A DNA stretch of 64,000 nt from Eledone cirrhosa (taxonomy: Eukaryota), in NCBI GenBank assembly GCA_964016885.1, contig OZ024744.1, positions 104,532,001-104,596,000 of the forward strand. The letters run 5' to 3'. Made by a program: the position numbers and the translations under genes. The notes beneath the pieces were generated by a model. That model saw nothing but the letters and a program-made list of their open reading frames with translations, did no database searches and was not told where the DNA came from. The first letter of the stretch is position 1; every line of letters begins with the position of its first letter. Below, piece after piece: positions 1 to 11,499 of this stretch.

Positions 1-67
1 TATGATTATGTTGATTTAAAACTGCACTATCCACAAGTGTTTTTTAGCCTTCATATCATGTTCTCCT

Positions 68-136
68 GTTTTATCTGATGAAAACACAAATGTTATTGCA
101 TGATGATGTTTGTTTTTGAAATGCGCATAATAAAAT
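68..136 (+). ncRNA. Minimal type I hammerhead ribozyme motif (Penelope-like terminal repeat type)
   Basis: ttttat-CTGATGA (75-81)-stem II (aaacacaaa 82-90 / tttgttttt 109-117)-GAAA (118-121)-tgcgca-TA-ataaaa. Stem I pairs 69-74 with 130-135; stem III is the palindrome ATGCGCAT; (TA)n follows shortly after. Confidence 0.65.
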
Positions 137-167
137 ACATGGAACTCCTTTAACCATCTTTTGATCT

Positions 168-218
<51 letters not shown>

Positions 219-221
<3 letters not shown>

Positions 222-436
222 TCATCATCATCATTTCATTTTACGTCCGCTTTTTCCCTGTTTGCAAGGGTGGGACGGAAACTGATGCTGGCTTGATTTC
301 TACAGCTGAGTAAACTGGAGCAATGTGAAATAGAATGTCTTACTCAAGGAAACAACACATCACCCGGTCTGAGAATTGAACTCACAACCTTTCGATTGCA
401 AGGCCAATGCTCTAACCACTAAGCCATGTGCCTCCA
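219..436 (-). mobile_element. tRNA/CORE-type SINE (family A), internally deleted copy with RTE-type (GAT)n tail
   Basis: Reverse complement matches the head and tail of the full copy at 45375-45720; the middle is lost between two tttc(t/c)acagctg repeats. Confidence 0.8.
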
Positions 437-630
437 TATATATATATATACACAGTTCAAGAGTAACCAATCTTAAAGAGAGAGATTGAGATAGTAGAGG
501 AGATAGGAGAGGAAAGATTGGTGAGTTAGTTAGAAGCCAAAGCGTAAAGGCATGTGCTCAATGTGCAATATGCAGTAGAAAGCAGCTAGGTGGCTGGGTT
601 CATGCAGAGGTTAGGTGCGCAGAGCTGGAA

Positions 631-879
631 ATATTCATTAGTTAAGCAAAACAAGACCACAAATTTCACAAGGAAGACATTATTAAAAGATTGTCAACAT
701 ATTTAGTTTGATGTAAGGAATGTAGAGAATAATAATAATAATAATATTAATAATAATAATTATTATTAATATTATTATTATTCTCTACATTCCTTACATC
801 AAACTAAATATGTTGACAATCTTTTAATAATGTCTTCCTTGTGAAATTAGTGGTCTTGTTTTGCTTAACTAATGAATAT
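631..879. repeat. ~250-bp near-perfect palindrome centred on (AAT)n/(ATT)n
   Basis: atattcattagttaagc...tgtagagaat is mirrored by attctctaca...gcttaactaatgaatat, with one mismatch seen in the unique arms. Confidence 0.95.
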
Positions 880-1289
880 CATCATCATCATCAACATTTA
901 ACGTCCGTGTTCCACGCTTGCATGGGTTTGGACAGGGGTTTTCCCACTTGAGGCAAGAGTGGTTGTCTTGCTCGCATAGGACTGTCTGGCAGGTTTTCTA
1001 CAGCTGGATGCCCTTCCTAACACCAACCACATTTACAGTGTGGGGCTGGGAGGTTTTTACCGTGTTGCCTACACGGCCACATTACAGCGTGGACTGTCTG
1101 GTGGGTTTTCTACAGCTGGATGCCCTTCCTAACACCAACCACATTTACAGTGTGGGGCTGGGAGGTTTTTACCGTGTTGCCTACACGGCCACATTTACAG
1201 CGTGGACTGTGTGTTTTTTTTGTCGTGACACCTACACGATCTCATTTGTTTCGGCCTGGATGTTGTGGCACCAACATAACTTTACATTG
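880..1289 (-). mobile_element. 5'-truncated RTE LINE 3' UTR with 112-bp internal duplication and (GAT)n tail
   Basis: Near-identical to the 3' UTR that follows the RTE ORF end at 41900-42315. Confidence 0.85.
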
Positions 1290-1397
1290 CTGGTACTTAT
1301 TTTCAGCTGAGTATAATGGAGCAATGTGAAATGAAGTGTTTTGCTCAAGAACACAACACACAACCCAGCCCAGGAATCAAACACATGACATTATGAT

Positions 1398-1430
<33 letters not shown>

Positions 1431-1509
1431 GGTGGATAGATGAGATGTTACTGGTTACGACCAGTAAGGCCATTATTCAACTTAGTACTCTGTACTTAAG
1501 GGAAGTAGT

Positions 1510-1795
1510 AGATATGCGTGGCCTAGTGGTAAGGGTGTTGGAATATAATCATAATGTCATGTGTTTGATTCCTGGGCTGGGTCGTGTGTTGTTTTCTTGA
1601 GCAAAACACTTCATTTCACATTGCTCCATTATACTCAGCTGAAAATAAGTACCAGCAATAGCTGGAAGTTTAACCCTGCAATGGTCTGGCATCATGTCCA
1701 GGATGGAGTCTTGTACTCTCAGTTACTTAACACCACAGAAACCAGTACAAAAACCAACCTGATGAGCTTCTGGGCTTGAGACAGACTTTAGACTT
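1510..1795 (+). mobile_element. tRNA-derived CORE-type SINE (family C)
   Basis: A-box tggcctagtgg, B-box-like gtttgattcc, CORE-like ttcttgagcaaaacactt...ctcagctgaaaat, then an aaccctgcaatggtctggcatc domain. A related head lies at ~60830-60935. Confidence 0.7.
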
Positions 1796-1797
1796 AA

Positions 1798-2004
1798 CCC
1801 TTTAGCATTTAAATTACTCTATATTTACTATTGTATTTTTGTGGTAAAGGCTTTATCTCACATAATTACCTATGAGATTTTGATGTTATTTATTTTGAGA
1901 ACAATACCTTAACATAAGTATGAGTGGCCACCAGTTACAGCCAGTTTGAGCAGAGAGAGGTGAGAGAATTCTGGCCAGATACGGCCAGCTTAAATGCTAA
2001 ATGG
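1798..2004. mobile_element. piggyBac-type MITE
   Basis: TTAA (1794-97)-ccctttagcatttaa ... ttaaatgctaaatgg-TTAA (2005-08). Confidence 0.75.
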
Positions 2005-4088
2005 TTAAGGAAAATAGAATGTAGATATTGTAGAGATTATTTTTTCTACAGTTAAGCTTTTACCATTTCAATAGCAACTGAGAAATTAATCTCTACAGGA
2101 TGGGAGGGGCCTATAATTGGATTTACAGAATTAATTTCTCAGTTGCTTTTGAAATGGTAAATTATATTATAGTAGGGATGTAGTTGCTAAAATAGCAACA
2201 TGTCTTTACTCTCTATACGTGCTTTTCTTTGATACAGTCGTCTAGAAGGGCTCTGTGACTGATAAATAACGACTGCACAGGGCAGGCGTGGGGCTCCATA
2301 AGCTGTAGTGAAGGCAACTCCTCTAGGAGAGTAGACACTAGTAAAAACTGATATAGGGTAGTAATCCAGTAAGTGCTGGTGTCAAGAATAATGGACCCAG
2401 TCCACGGTGTAATGTGGTTGGTGACGGGAAGGGAAGTACGACAAATATAACTCCCACAAATTAAGTAGACAGAGCTAACACCAGCCATGTTAGTGCTGTA
2501 CATGGAAGTGGGGTGGCTACGGTTGCCATGTGTAAGAACCCCTCCACTGCCATCAAGCAATCACACAGCCTTTTTCCCTTCCAGGCACACAGAACGTCTA
2601 GCCAAGGAAATAACAACTGTCAAGGTACAAACCTCAGAACTACCACTCTCAATGTTGGCACCCTAAAAGGTAGATCAGGTGAAATTGTGGAACTGTGAGA
2701 GAGAATAGAAGTAGATGTATGTTGTGTACAAGAGGGGAAATGGAGGGGTGTCACAGTAAGACTGATCACAGGAAAACAACATAGATATAAACTCTACTGG
2801 GTAGAAAATGACAATGGGGTAGGAGGTGTAGGTATCTTACTAGGTGAGAAATAGATAGAATGATAGAAGTAGTTAGAGTAAATGACAGAATCATCAAGCT
2901 TAGAATATCTGTAGGAAATAGAATGGTGACAATTACATCTACCTATGTCCCACAGGTAGGACTGAGTAAAGAACAAAAGGACAGGTTCTATGAGGAACTT
3001 TTATAGACAACCTCAGTTACTGATGAAAGAGACCTCATCATCCTGGCAGGTGACTTCAATGGACATGTGGGGCAGTACCAGGGTAGATTCAATGGAGGTC
3101 ACAGTGGCTATAGTTATGGCTCAAGAAATGAAGATAGATGAGGCTCCTGGAAGTCTGTGATATGAGTAAAATAACCATTTACAACACAAATTTCAAGAAG
3201 CCAGCCAGCCACCTGATCTTATATCAATCAGGCGAACACACAAGCCAAATTGATTGATTACTTGTAAGACAATGAGATAGAGGGACTGTAATAAATGTTA
3301 AAACCCTCCCCAGAGAAGAATATATCGGCCAACACAAGTTATTAGTGACATCAAATTAAACACAAGATGGAAGATATGCAGGAAAACATAGAGATGGAGC
3401 GTTTGGAAGCTAAAGACCTTTCAGTTAAATATGGGCCCTAAGGGATGCATTTGATGAGAGGGATCACAAGCTAGATACATATAATGTAGAGGACAACTAG
3501 AAATTCTTACATGACAACCTTTTGAAAACTATTGACAAGATTTGTGGCTGGAGTAAAGCATCAGACAGACAGAGGGTGACACCTGGTGGTGGAACAGCTC
3601 AGTAGATAGAGCCATTAAAGCTAAGAGACAGGCATGGAAAGACTGGAAAAATGGGAGTAGCAGAGGCCAGTACCAGGTAGCTAAGAGAGAAGCTAGGTGA
3701 CAGGTATACACAGCTTGGAGAGAGGCTGAAGAAAGATAGTTTGCCAGTGTCTTCAGAGACATGAAGTATTCCACATTGTCAGTGTGAATCAAGATGTTGT
3801 AGGGGGAAAATGTGTTAAAAATTACATTGATACATTTAATACTGGTGCTCAAAAGAAAGAGGCCTGGAAATGTTACTATGAGAGATTGATGAATGGGGGA
3901 AAGAGAGATTGATGAATGGGAGGAAGAGAGACTACCCCCAGCTTACCCAACAGAAGGACCAGCTATTGAAGTAGGCAGTTATAGGGTCAAAGAAGCAATT
4001 AAAGAGATGAAGGATGGTAAATCAGCAGGATCATCAGAGATAGTTACTGAGATGTTAAAAGCATCGAGAGAAGTAGGAGTCAAACTAG

Positions 4089-4350
4089 TAACCTGTATAG
4101 TCAATCAGATAATAGAGAGTGGTGTCATACCCAATGACTGGTGCAGCAGTTCAATTGTCACTTACATAGTCAATCAGGTAATACAGAATGGTGTCATATC
4201 TAATGACTGGTACAGCAGTACAATTGTCACTTACATAGTCAATCAGGTAATACAGGGTGGTGTCATATCTAATGACTGGCGCAGCAGTACAATTGTCACC
4301 TGTATAGTCAATCAGGTAATACAGGGTGGTGTCATACCCAATGATTGGTG
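4089..4350 (+). repeat. 63-bp tandem repeat (~4 copies) inside the RTE ORF
   Basis: Repeated gtcacttacatagtcaatcaggtaatacag...aatgactgg...caatt; a 21-aa repeat is visible in ORF 3893-4384. Confidence 0.9.
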
Positions 4351-4442
4351 CGGCACTCATCATCATCACCATCATCAATCATAAATTGCTACATGGGTAA
4401 AGGTGATGACCTAGAAAAGAGCAACAACAGGGGAATAAAACT

Positions 4443-4645
4443 AAATGCCGATTCGCAGGCTATGGTTGTCTAGCTGCGTGCCAGTGGAGAAGGAGGGCAG
4501 GACATGGAGCCAGGCACCACTGTGGGGTTTGGAGGCCGCACGAAAGCAGGCAAGGCGGTGCTGGTCGAGCTGGCGCGTGAGCCTGTCTGAGGCCAGGCTG
4601 CACTGGATGGCATCCCAGGTGCATTGGGGGGGACTTGACGTCAAC
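4443..4645 (-). mobile_element. CRE-clade non-LTR retrotransposon fragment
   Basis: Encodes QHRLACFRAASKPHSGAWLHVLPSFSTGTQLDNHSLRIG; near-identical to 59920-60045. Confidence 0.8.
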
Positions 4646-4649
4646 AGTC

Positions 4650-4995
4650 TATATGATGTATGTATGGCCCCATCCCTCCAGATGGAGTTGTAGGGATGCC
4701 ACATTGACATACAGCATTTCTTGGACATTTAAAACCTTGTGGAACCCTTCCTTCTCCAGGACCGAAAACAAGGTTTCTGCTACAGAAGGATAGAGAGTGA
4801 GAGAAAGGAAGTAAGAAAGAGACACACAGAGGAAGAATCAACCCCAGTACTAGACTGGTACTTTTTTATTGACCTCGAAAGGATGAAAGGCAAAGTTGAG
4901 TTTGGCGGGATTTGAACTCGGAGAACGGAGAACCAAAACAAATACCAAAAAGCATTCTATCTGTCAGTTTAACAACTCTGCCAAATCGCCACCAA
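4650..4995 (-). mobile_element. tRNA-derived SINE (family B, long-tail variant ending in (CATA)n)
   Basis: gagttcaaatcccgcc B-box plus ctttgcctttcatcctttcgaggtc core; the same long tail occurs at 40810-41142. Confidence 0.7.
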
Positions 4996-5759
4996 TGTAC
5001 GCAATGTAAATCTTGAGTACACAAGAGATATAGTGGGATAACATGTAGACTAACAGGAAAGGAAGATGTTCAGGGTTAATTGATAGGAGCAGATTCAGAG
5101 TTAATTGATAGGAGCAGCAACAATGATATAAATCTTTTCATAGAAGTAGTTGATAGCTTCTGCTAACTAGGTGATTTAATTAGCAGTAGGTGCCTGATAG
5201 CAAGTATAAGGACAGGATGGAAGAAGTTTAGAGAGTTGACAACAAAAGATTTCTCTCTACGTATAAAAGAACAACTGTATGATGCCTGTGTGTGAAATAC
5301 TATGCTACATGATAGTGAGACATGGACAGTGACTGCAGAGGACATGCATAGGCTAGAGAGAAATGAAGCATGGTGCTTTATTGGATGTGCAATATAAATG
5401 TAAGAGAACTACAGAGCTTGGATGAAATGAGGGAGAAACTGGATTTAAGCAGAATTCGAGGTGGTGTGCAGGAGAGAAGACTGCATTGGTATGGACATGT
5501 GATGCACATGAATGATGATTGCTGGGTGAAGAGGTGCCAAGAAATCACTGGAGGGAAGCCGTAGTAGAGGTAGCGCAAGGAAGACATGGAAGGAGGTGGT
5601 GAGAGCTGATCTTAAATCACTGAAACTCACAGAGGAGATGATGAAGGACAGTGATGTGTTGAGAGATGCTGTGCTGAAAAAGACTTGTCCAATCCAAGCA
5701 AACAGACTTGACGATGATGATATTACTTTATCAAGCAGTGTAGATGGAAATTACACCAG

Positions 5760-8000
5760 AATATTTATTAGTCATCTGTCAAGCCACAACAATGACCTCA
5801 GACAGATAATATGCACAGTACCTAGCATGGCTGATTTTTGTATGAAACCAACCTTGCATGGAGTTTCAATGGAATTGATCCTTATGCCCTGATTACAACT
5901 GGTATCACTTTCACATTACCCTCTCACATTTCAAATAGTCTTGCCAGCTAAACTTTCAACTCGGAGTACTTGGTGATTTTGTCAACCTCTTTTCTCACAA
6001 TATTCATGTCATTTGGTATGGCTATGTCAATGATCTGACAGAATTTGTCTTTCTTGTTCAACATGACAATGTCCAGTTTGGTGATGCTCAATTATTCTAT
6101 CAGTTTGAAAGTCATAATCCCAGAATATCGTTGCTTTCCCATCCTCCTTCATTACTTTACAAGACACATGCTTATACCAATTCTCTATTACTTCGTATTG
6201 GTATTTATGGCATAACAGCCAATGAAGCTACAAACAAACTTTATCATGGCAGCACTTGTATTCTTTTTGCACAAATCTCTCATATCCTCTTAACAAGTGG
6301 GTCACATTTTCCACAGTTGTTTCACTGAATCTGTATTTCTGGGTGTCAGAGATTTTGTAGATGCTATGCTTCACTGAATTGGTAGCAATAGCTTGGTCTT
6401 GAACTGCAGTTATAAGGCCTTCAGTGACACGTTTTAAATCACCTTGCTTAAGCTATGTCTGCGATGTTGTTTTATCTTTGATATCGTGTATATTTCTCTC
6501 AAACTGACCATGTATTCTCATTACTAGATCTTTTCTTTTCTCTTCAGTTTTTTTTTTATTAAACTCTTCCCTTCCAACCATTTCTACTGCATTTATACCC
6601 ATATCCTCTGCTGCATATTGCAACAACTCTTCGCCAATGTTTATCAAATATTCAGCAAGTGTTCTCCTTTCACTCCTTATACAATAATCCACTCTAATGA
6701 GACCTCTACCACCATTCTCTCTCTTCATGTACAATCTATTTATTTAGGGTATAAAGCTCCGTACAATGCCATTAACTTTCTCGTCTTTCTATCCAAGTTC
6801 GATAACTGCCCAGATATTCCTTGCAGTGACCAGATTCCTTGCATTGAGATTGGATTTTAAAATCCTTTTTACTCTTTTTAAATGTCTCTCTAACCTTTTC
6901 TTTCATTTCTGCATGTAAAATGTCATCCATACTTGTATCCACTATCTTCTAGTTCTCCCATGGTTTCTCTTGACAGCAGCCATAATCCACTATAGACTGC
7001 TTTCTTCCTTTTCATATTGAGCACAGAGCATTTGGAAAACCCAAATTCCATACCAATGTCACTGCTACATATCTGGACTACAAAGTGTTGTAGTTTGCTT
7101 GAAGCATTGTGGAATAAGAAATACAAATTTAACTAGGAAATAAGTTTAAATATTTAGAAGCCCGACAATGCATGAGATTAAAAGTGCCAAAGTAATAAGA
7201 ATTAGAGAAAATAGGACAAAAAGAACTGATAAAAGAAGGGGAATGGTAGAATTTTATCTTAGCAATTTTAATGATCCACATTGTCGGGTTTCAAAATAAA
7301 CTTATTTCCTACTTAAATTTGTATATTGGACTGTTTTAACCGAAGAATCTATCTGGTTTTCAGACTTCCCAAACAGTTTCAGCTCATCCATAAACAGAAG
7401 ATGCTATAGGAATGGTCCTTTCTTTCTACATTGTTAACCCATTTTAACTTTCCTAAGTGTTAGTGTTATAGGTATAAGTCCAATGACAAATAGTAACAGT
7501 GAAAATAAGTTACCTTGGAAGATACCTCTTTTAATTTCTACTTCTCAAATGAATACATCACTTGAGTACAACTTGGTCTTCCACTCTAGCATATTATTCA
7601 GAAGATAATTTGTGATGTTATCAGCAATACCAAACATCTGCAGGTATTCAACAATCCAAGAATGAGGCACCATATCATATACTTTCTTAAAGTTAATCCA
7701 GGTCACAGACATAGGGCCGAAACACTCAGTTGAGGGGGCTGTCTTTTCTGAAGACCTTCTGCTGACTTGCTCTCCTGAGGGTTTCTTACCACTTGGTATG
7801 ATGTGTTTTACAATGCCTCAAATCCAGAAGTCGAAAGTATGTTGCCCTACTCCACAGCTTCCCTCCCATTTTGCTATTTTATAACATTCAATCAGTGTAA
7901 CATACTCTTCCTTTGTCCACTTGTGTCTAGCTCTACACTCATTTTTTAATGAGTTCTGTTGCTTGGTAACAATCGTCTGTGGCCACATCTCTTCCCATGC
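5760..8000 (-). mobile_element. R4/Dong-clade non-LTR retrotransposon (RLE type), decayed and internally deleted
   Basis: Minus strand: KWTKEEYVTLIECY (N-terminus), WINFKKVYDMVPHSWI, KRGIFQG, HLLFMDELKLF, YMKRENGGRGL, IIDIAIP...KITKY (RLE); 5' end abuts (TAA)n. Confidence 0.85.
7124..7321. mobile_element. MITE with long terminal inverted repeats, TA-flanked, nested in the R4 element
   Basis: ta-caaatttaactaggaaataagttta...cccgacaatg mirrored by cattgtcggg...taaacttatttcctacttaaatttg-ta. Confidence 0.7.
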
Positions 8001-8011
8001 TTTATTATTAT

Positions 8012-8433
8012 TGGCAGTATCGGTAGAGTGTCAGACACCATGCTTTGCAGCATAGTGTTATGGCCCTTTACGTTCTAAGTTCAAATCCTGCTGAAGTTAA
8101 CTTTGCCTTTCGTCCTTACAGGGTTGACAAAATAAAGCACCAGTAATGCACTGGGGTAATTGCTGGCCTTGTGCCAAAAGTAGAAACAATTATCATCATT
8201 ATTAGGGCAGTGGATTGGCAGAATTAGAAGAGCATCGGACATCCTGCTTTGTAGCATAGAGTTACGGTCCTTTACATTCTGAGTTCAAATCCTGCCGAGG
8301 TTAGCTTTGCCTTTCATCCTTACGGGGATCGATAAATTAAAGTACCAGTAATGTATTGGGGTCGATTTAATCGACTTTCCCCACCCCTCAAATTACTGGC
8401 GTTGTACCTATTCTAGAAATTATTATTATTATT
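8012..8433 (+). mobile_element. Two tandem tRNA-derived SINEs (family B) with (TTA)n tails
   Basis: gagttcaaatcctgc B-box and ctttgcctttcatccttacgggg..gataaa..aagtaccag core. Further copies at ~38660-39010, 47635-48070, 50040-50165, 52500-52628 and 58010-58160. Confidence 0.8.
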
Positions 8434-8435
8434 GT

Positions 8436-11400
8436 AATATGGGGTGACATCTCAACATACACCCTACAATATGAGGTGACATCTCAACATACGCCCTACA
8501 ATATGGGGTGACATCTCAACATACACCCTACAATATGAGGTGACATCTCAACATACACCCTACAATATGGGGTGACATCTCAACATACACCCTACAATAT
8601 GGGGTGACATCTCAACATACACCCTACAATATGGGGTGACATCTCAACATACACCCTACAATATGGGGTGACATCTCAACATACACCCTACAATATGGGG
8701 TGACATCTCAACATACACTCTACAATATGGGGTGACATCTCAACATACACCCTACAATATGGGGTGACATCTCAAGATACACCCTACAATATGAGGTGAC
8801 ATCTCAACATACGCCCTACAATATGGGGTGACATCTCAAGATACACCCTACAATATGGGGTGACATCTCAAGATACGCCCTACAATATGGGGTGACATCT
8901 CAACATACACCCTACAATATGAGGTGACATCTCAAGATGCACCCTACAATATGGGGTGACATCTCAAGATACACCCTACAATATGAGGTGACATCTCAAC
9001 ATACACCCTACAATATGGGGTGACATCTCAAGATACACCCAACAATATGGGGTGACATCTCAAGATACACCCTACAATATGGGGTGACATCTCAAGATAC
9101 ACCCTACAATATGGGGTGACATCTCAACATACACCCTACAATATGAGGTGACATCTCAAGATACACCCTACAATATGGGGTGACATCTCAAGATACACCC
9201 TACAATATGAGGTGACATCTCAACATACACCCTACAATATGGGGTGACATCTCAAGATACACCCTACAATATGGGGTGACATCTCAAGATACACCCAACA
9301 ATATGGGGTGACATCTCAAGATACACCCTACAATATGAGGTGACATCTCAACATACACCCTACAATATGAGGTGACATCTCAAGATACACCCAACAATAT
9401 GGGGTGACATCTCAAGATACACCCAACAATATGGGGTGACATCTCAAGATACACCCAACAATATGGGGTGACATCTCAAGATACACCCAACAATATGGGG
9501 TGGCATCTCAAGATACACCCTACAATATGGGGTGACATCTCAACATACACCCTACAATATGAGGTGACATCTCAAGATACACCCAACAATATGGGGTGAC
9601 ATCTCAAGATACACCCTACAATATGAGGTGACATCTCAAGATACACCCTACAATATGGGGTGACATCTCAACATACACCCTACAATATGGGGTGACATCT
9701 CAAGATACACCCTACAATATGGGGTGACATCTCAAGATACACCCTACAATATGGGGTGACATCTCAAGATACACCCTACAATATGAGGTGACATCTCAAG
9801 ATACACCCTACAATATGAGGTGACATCTCAAGATACACCCTACAATATGAGGTGACATCTCAAGATACACCCTACAATATGGGGTGACATCTCAACATAC
9901 ACCCTACAATATGAGGTGACATCTCAACATACACCCTACAATATGGGGTGACATCTCAAGATACACCCTACAATATGAGGTGACATCTCAACATACACCC
10001 TACAATATGAGGTGACATCTCAACATACACCCTACAATATGGGGTGACATCTCAAGATACACCCTACAATATGAGGTGACATCTCAAGATACACCCTACA
10101 ATATGAGGTGACATCTCAACATACACCCTACAATATGAGGTGACATCTCAACATACACCCTACAATATGAGGTGACATCTCAACATACACCCTACAATAT
10201 GGGGTGACATCTCAACATACACCCTACAATATGAGGTGACATCTCAACATACACCCTACAATATGAGGTGACATCTCAACATACACCCTACAATATGAGG
10301 TGACATCTCAACATACACCCTACAATATGGGGTGACATCTCAAGATACACCCTACAATATGAGGTGACATCTCAACATACACCCTACAATATGGGGTGAC
10401 ATCTCAACATACGCCCTACAATATGGAGTCACACCTCAAGATACACCCTACAATATGGGGTGACATCTCAACATACACCCTACAATATGAGGTGACATCT
10501 CAACATACACCCTACAATATGAGGTGACATCTCAAGATACACCCTACAATATGAGGTGACATCTCAACATACGCCCTACAATATGGAGTCACACCTCAAG
10601 ATACACCCTACAATATGGGGTGACATCTCAACATACACCCTACAATATGAGGTGACATCTCAACATACACCCTACAATATGAGGTGACATCTCAACATAC
10701 ACCCTACAATATGAGGTGACATCTCAACATACGCCCTACAATATGGAGTCACACCTCAAGATACACCCTACAATATGGGGTGACATCTCAAGATACACCC
10801 TACAATATGGGGTGACATCTCAAGATACACCCTACAATATGAGGTGACATCTCAAGATACACCTTACAATATGAGGTGACATCTCAACATACACCCTACA
10901 ATATGGGGTGACATCTCAACATACACCCTACAATATGGGGTGACATCTCAACATACACCCTACAATATGAGGTGACATCTCAAGATACACCCTACAATAT
11001 GAGGTGACATCTCAACATACACCCTACAATATGGGGTGACATCTCAACATACACCCTACAATATGGGGTGACATCTCAACATACACCCTACAATATGAGG
11101 TGACATCTCAACATACACCCTACAATATGGGGTGACATCTCAAGATACACCCTACAATATGGGGTGACATCTCAACATACACCCTACAATATGAGGTGAC
11201 ATCTCAACATACACCCTACAATATGAGGTGACATCTCAACATACACCCTACAATATGGGGTGACATCTCAACATACACCCTACAATATGGGGTGACATCT
11301 CAACATACACCCTACAATATGAGGTGACATCTCAACATACGCCCTACAATATGGAGTCACACCTCAAGATACACCCTACAATATGGGGTGACATCTCAAC

Positions 11401-11480
11401 ATACACCCTACAATATGGGGTGACATCTCAAGATACACCCTACAATATGGGGTGACATCTCAAGATACACCCTACAATAT
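8436..11480. repeat. 32-bp minisatellite, ~95 units
   Basis: Unit aatatg(g/a)ggtgacatctcaa(c/g)atacaccc(t/a)ac; period 32 (8436, 8468...). Confidence 0.97.
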
Positions 11481-11499
11481 ATGGTGTCTAGAAAAGTTG

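Larger units (their letters stand above)
2200..5722 (+). mobile_element. Decayed RTE LINE with 5' UTR, AP endonuclease and C-terminus; RT core deleted; contains nested insertions
   Basis: TLNVGTLKGRSGEIVE endonuclease start, AGDFNGHVG motif (~3046-3070), KDGKSAG...VIPNDW, ERRLHWYGHV C-terminus, (GAT)n tail; many stops. Confidence 0.9.

Noticed and set aside
880-1403. Chimeric SINE (CORE head + RTE 3' UTR) as a family
   Set aside because: The head is a near-exact inverted copy of the adjacent SINE at 1542-1659, so a local rearrangement explains it better.
2245-2310. HDV-like ribozyme at the RTE 5' end (gctctgtg/cacagggc stem)
   Set aside because: A P1-like stem exists, but no P2/P3/L3 nested pseudoknot could be fitted by eye.
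8436-11480. CRISPR-like array (32-bp partly palindromic repeats)
   Set aside because: Units are contiguous with no unique spacers, there are no cas genes, and the context is eukaryotic.
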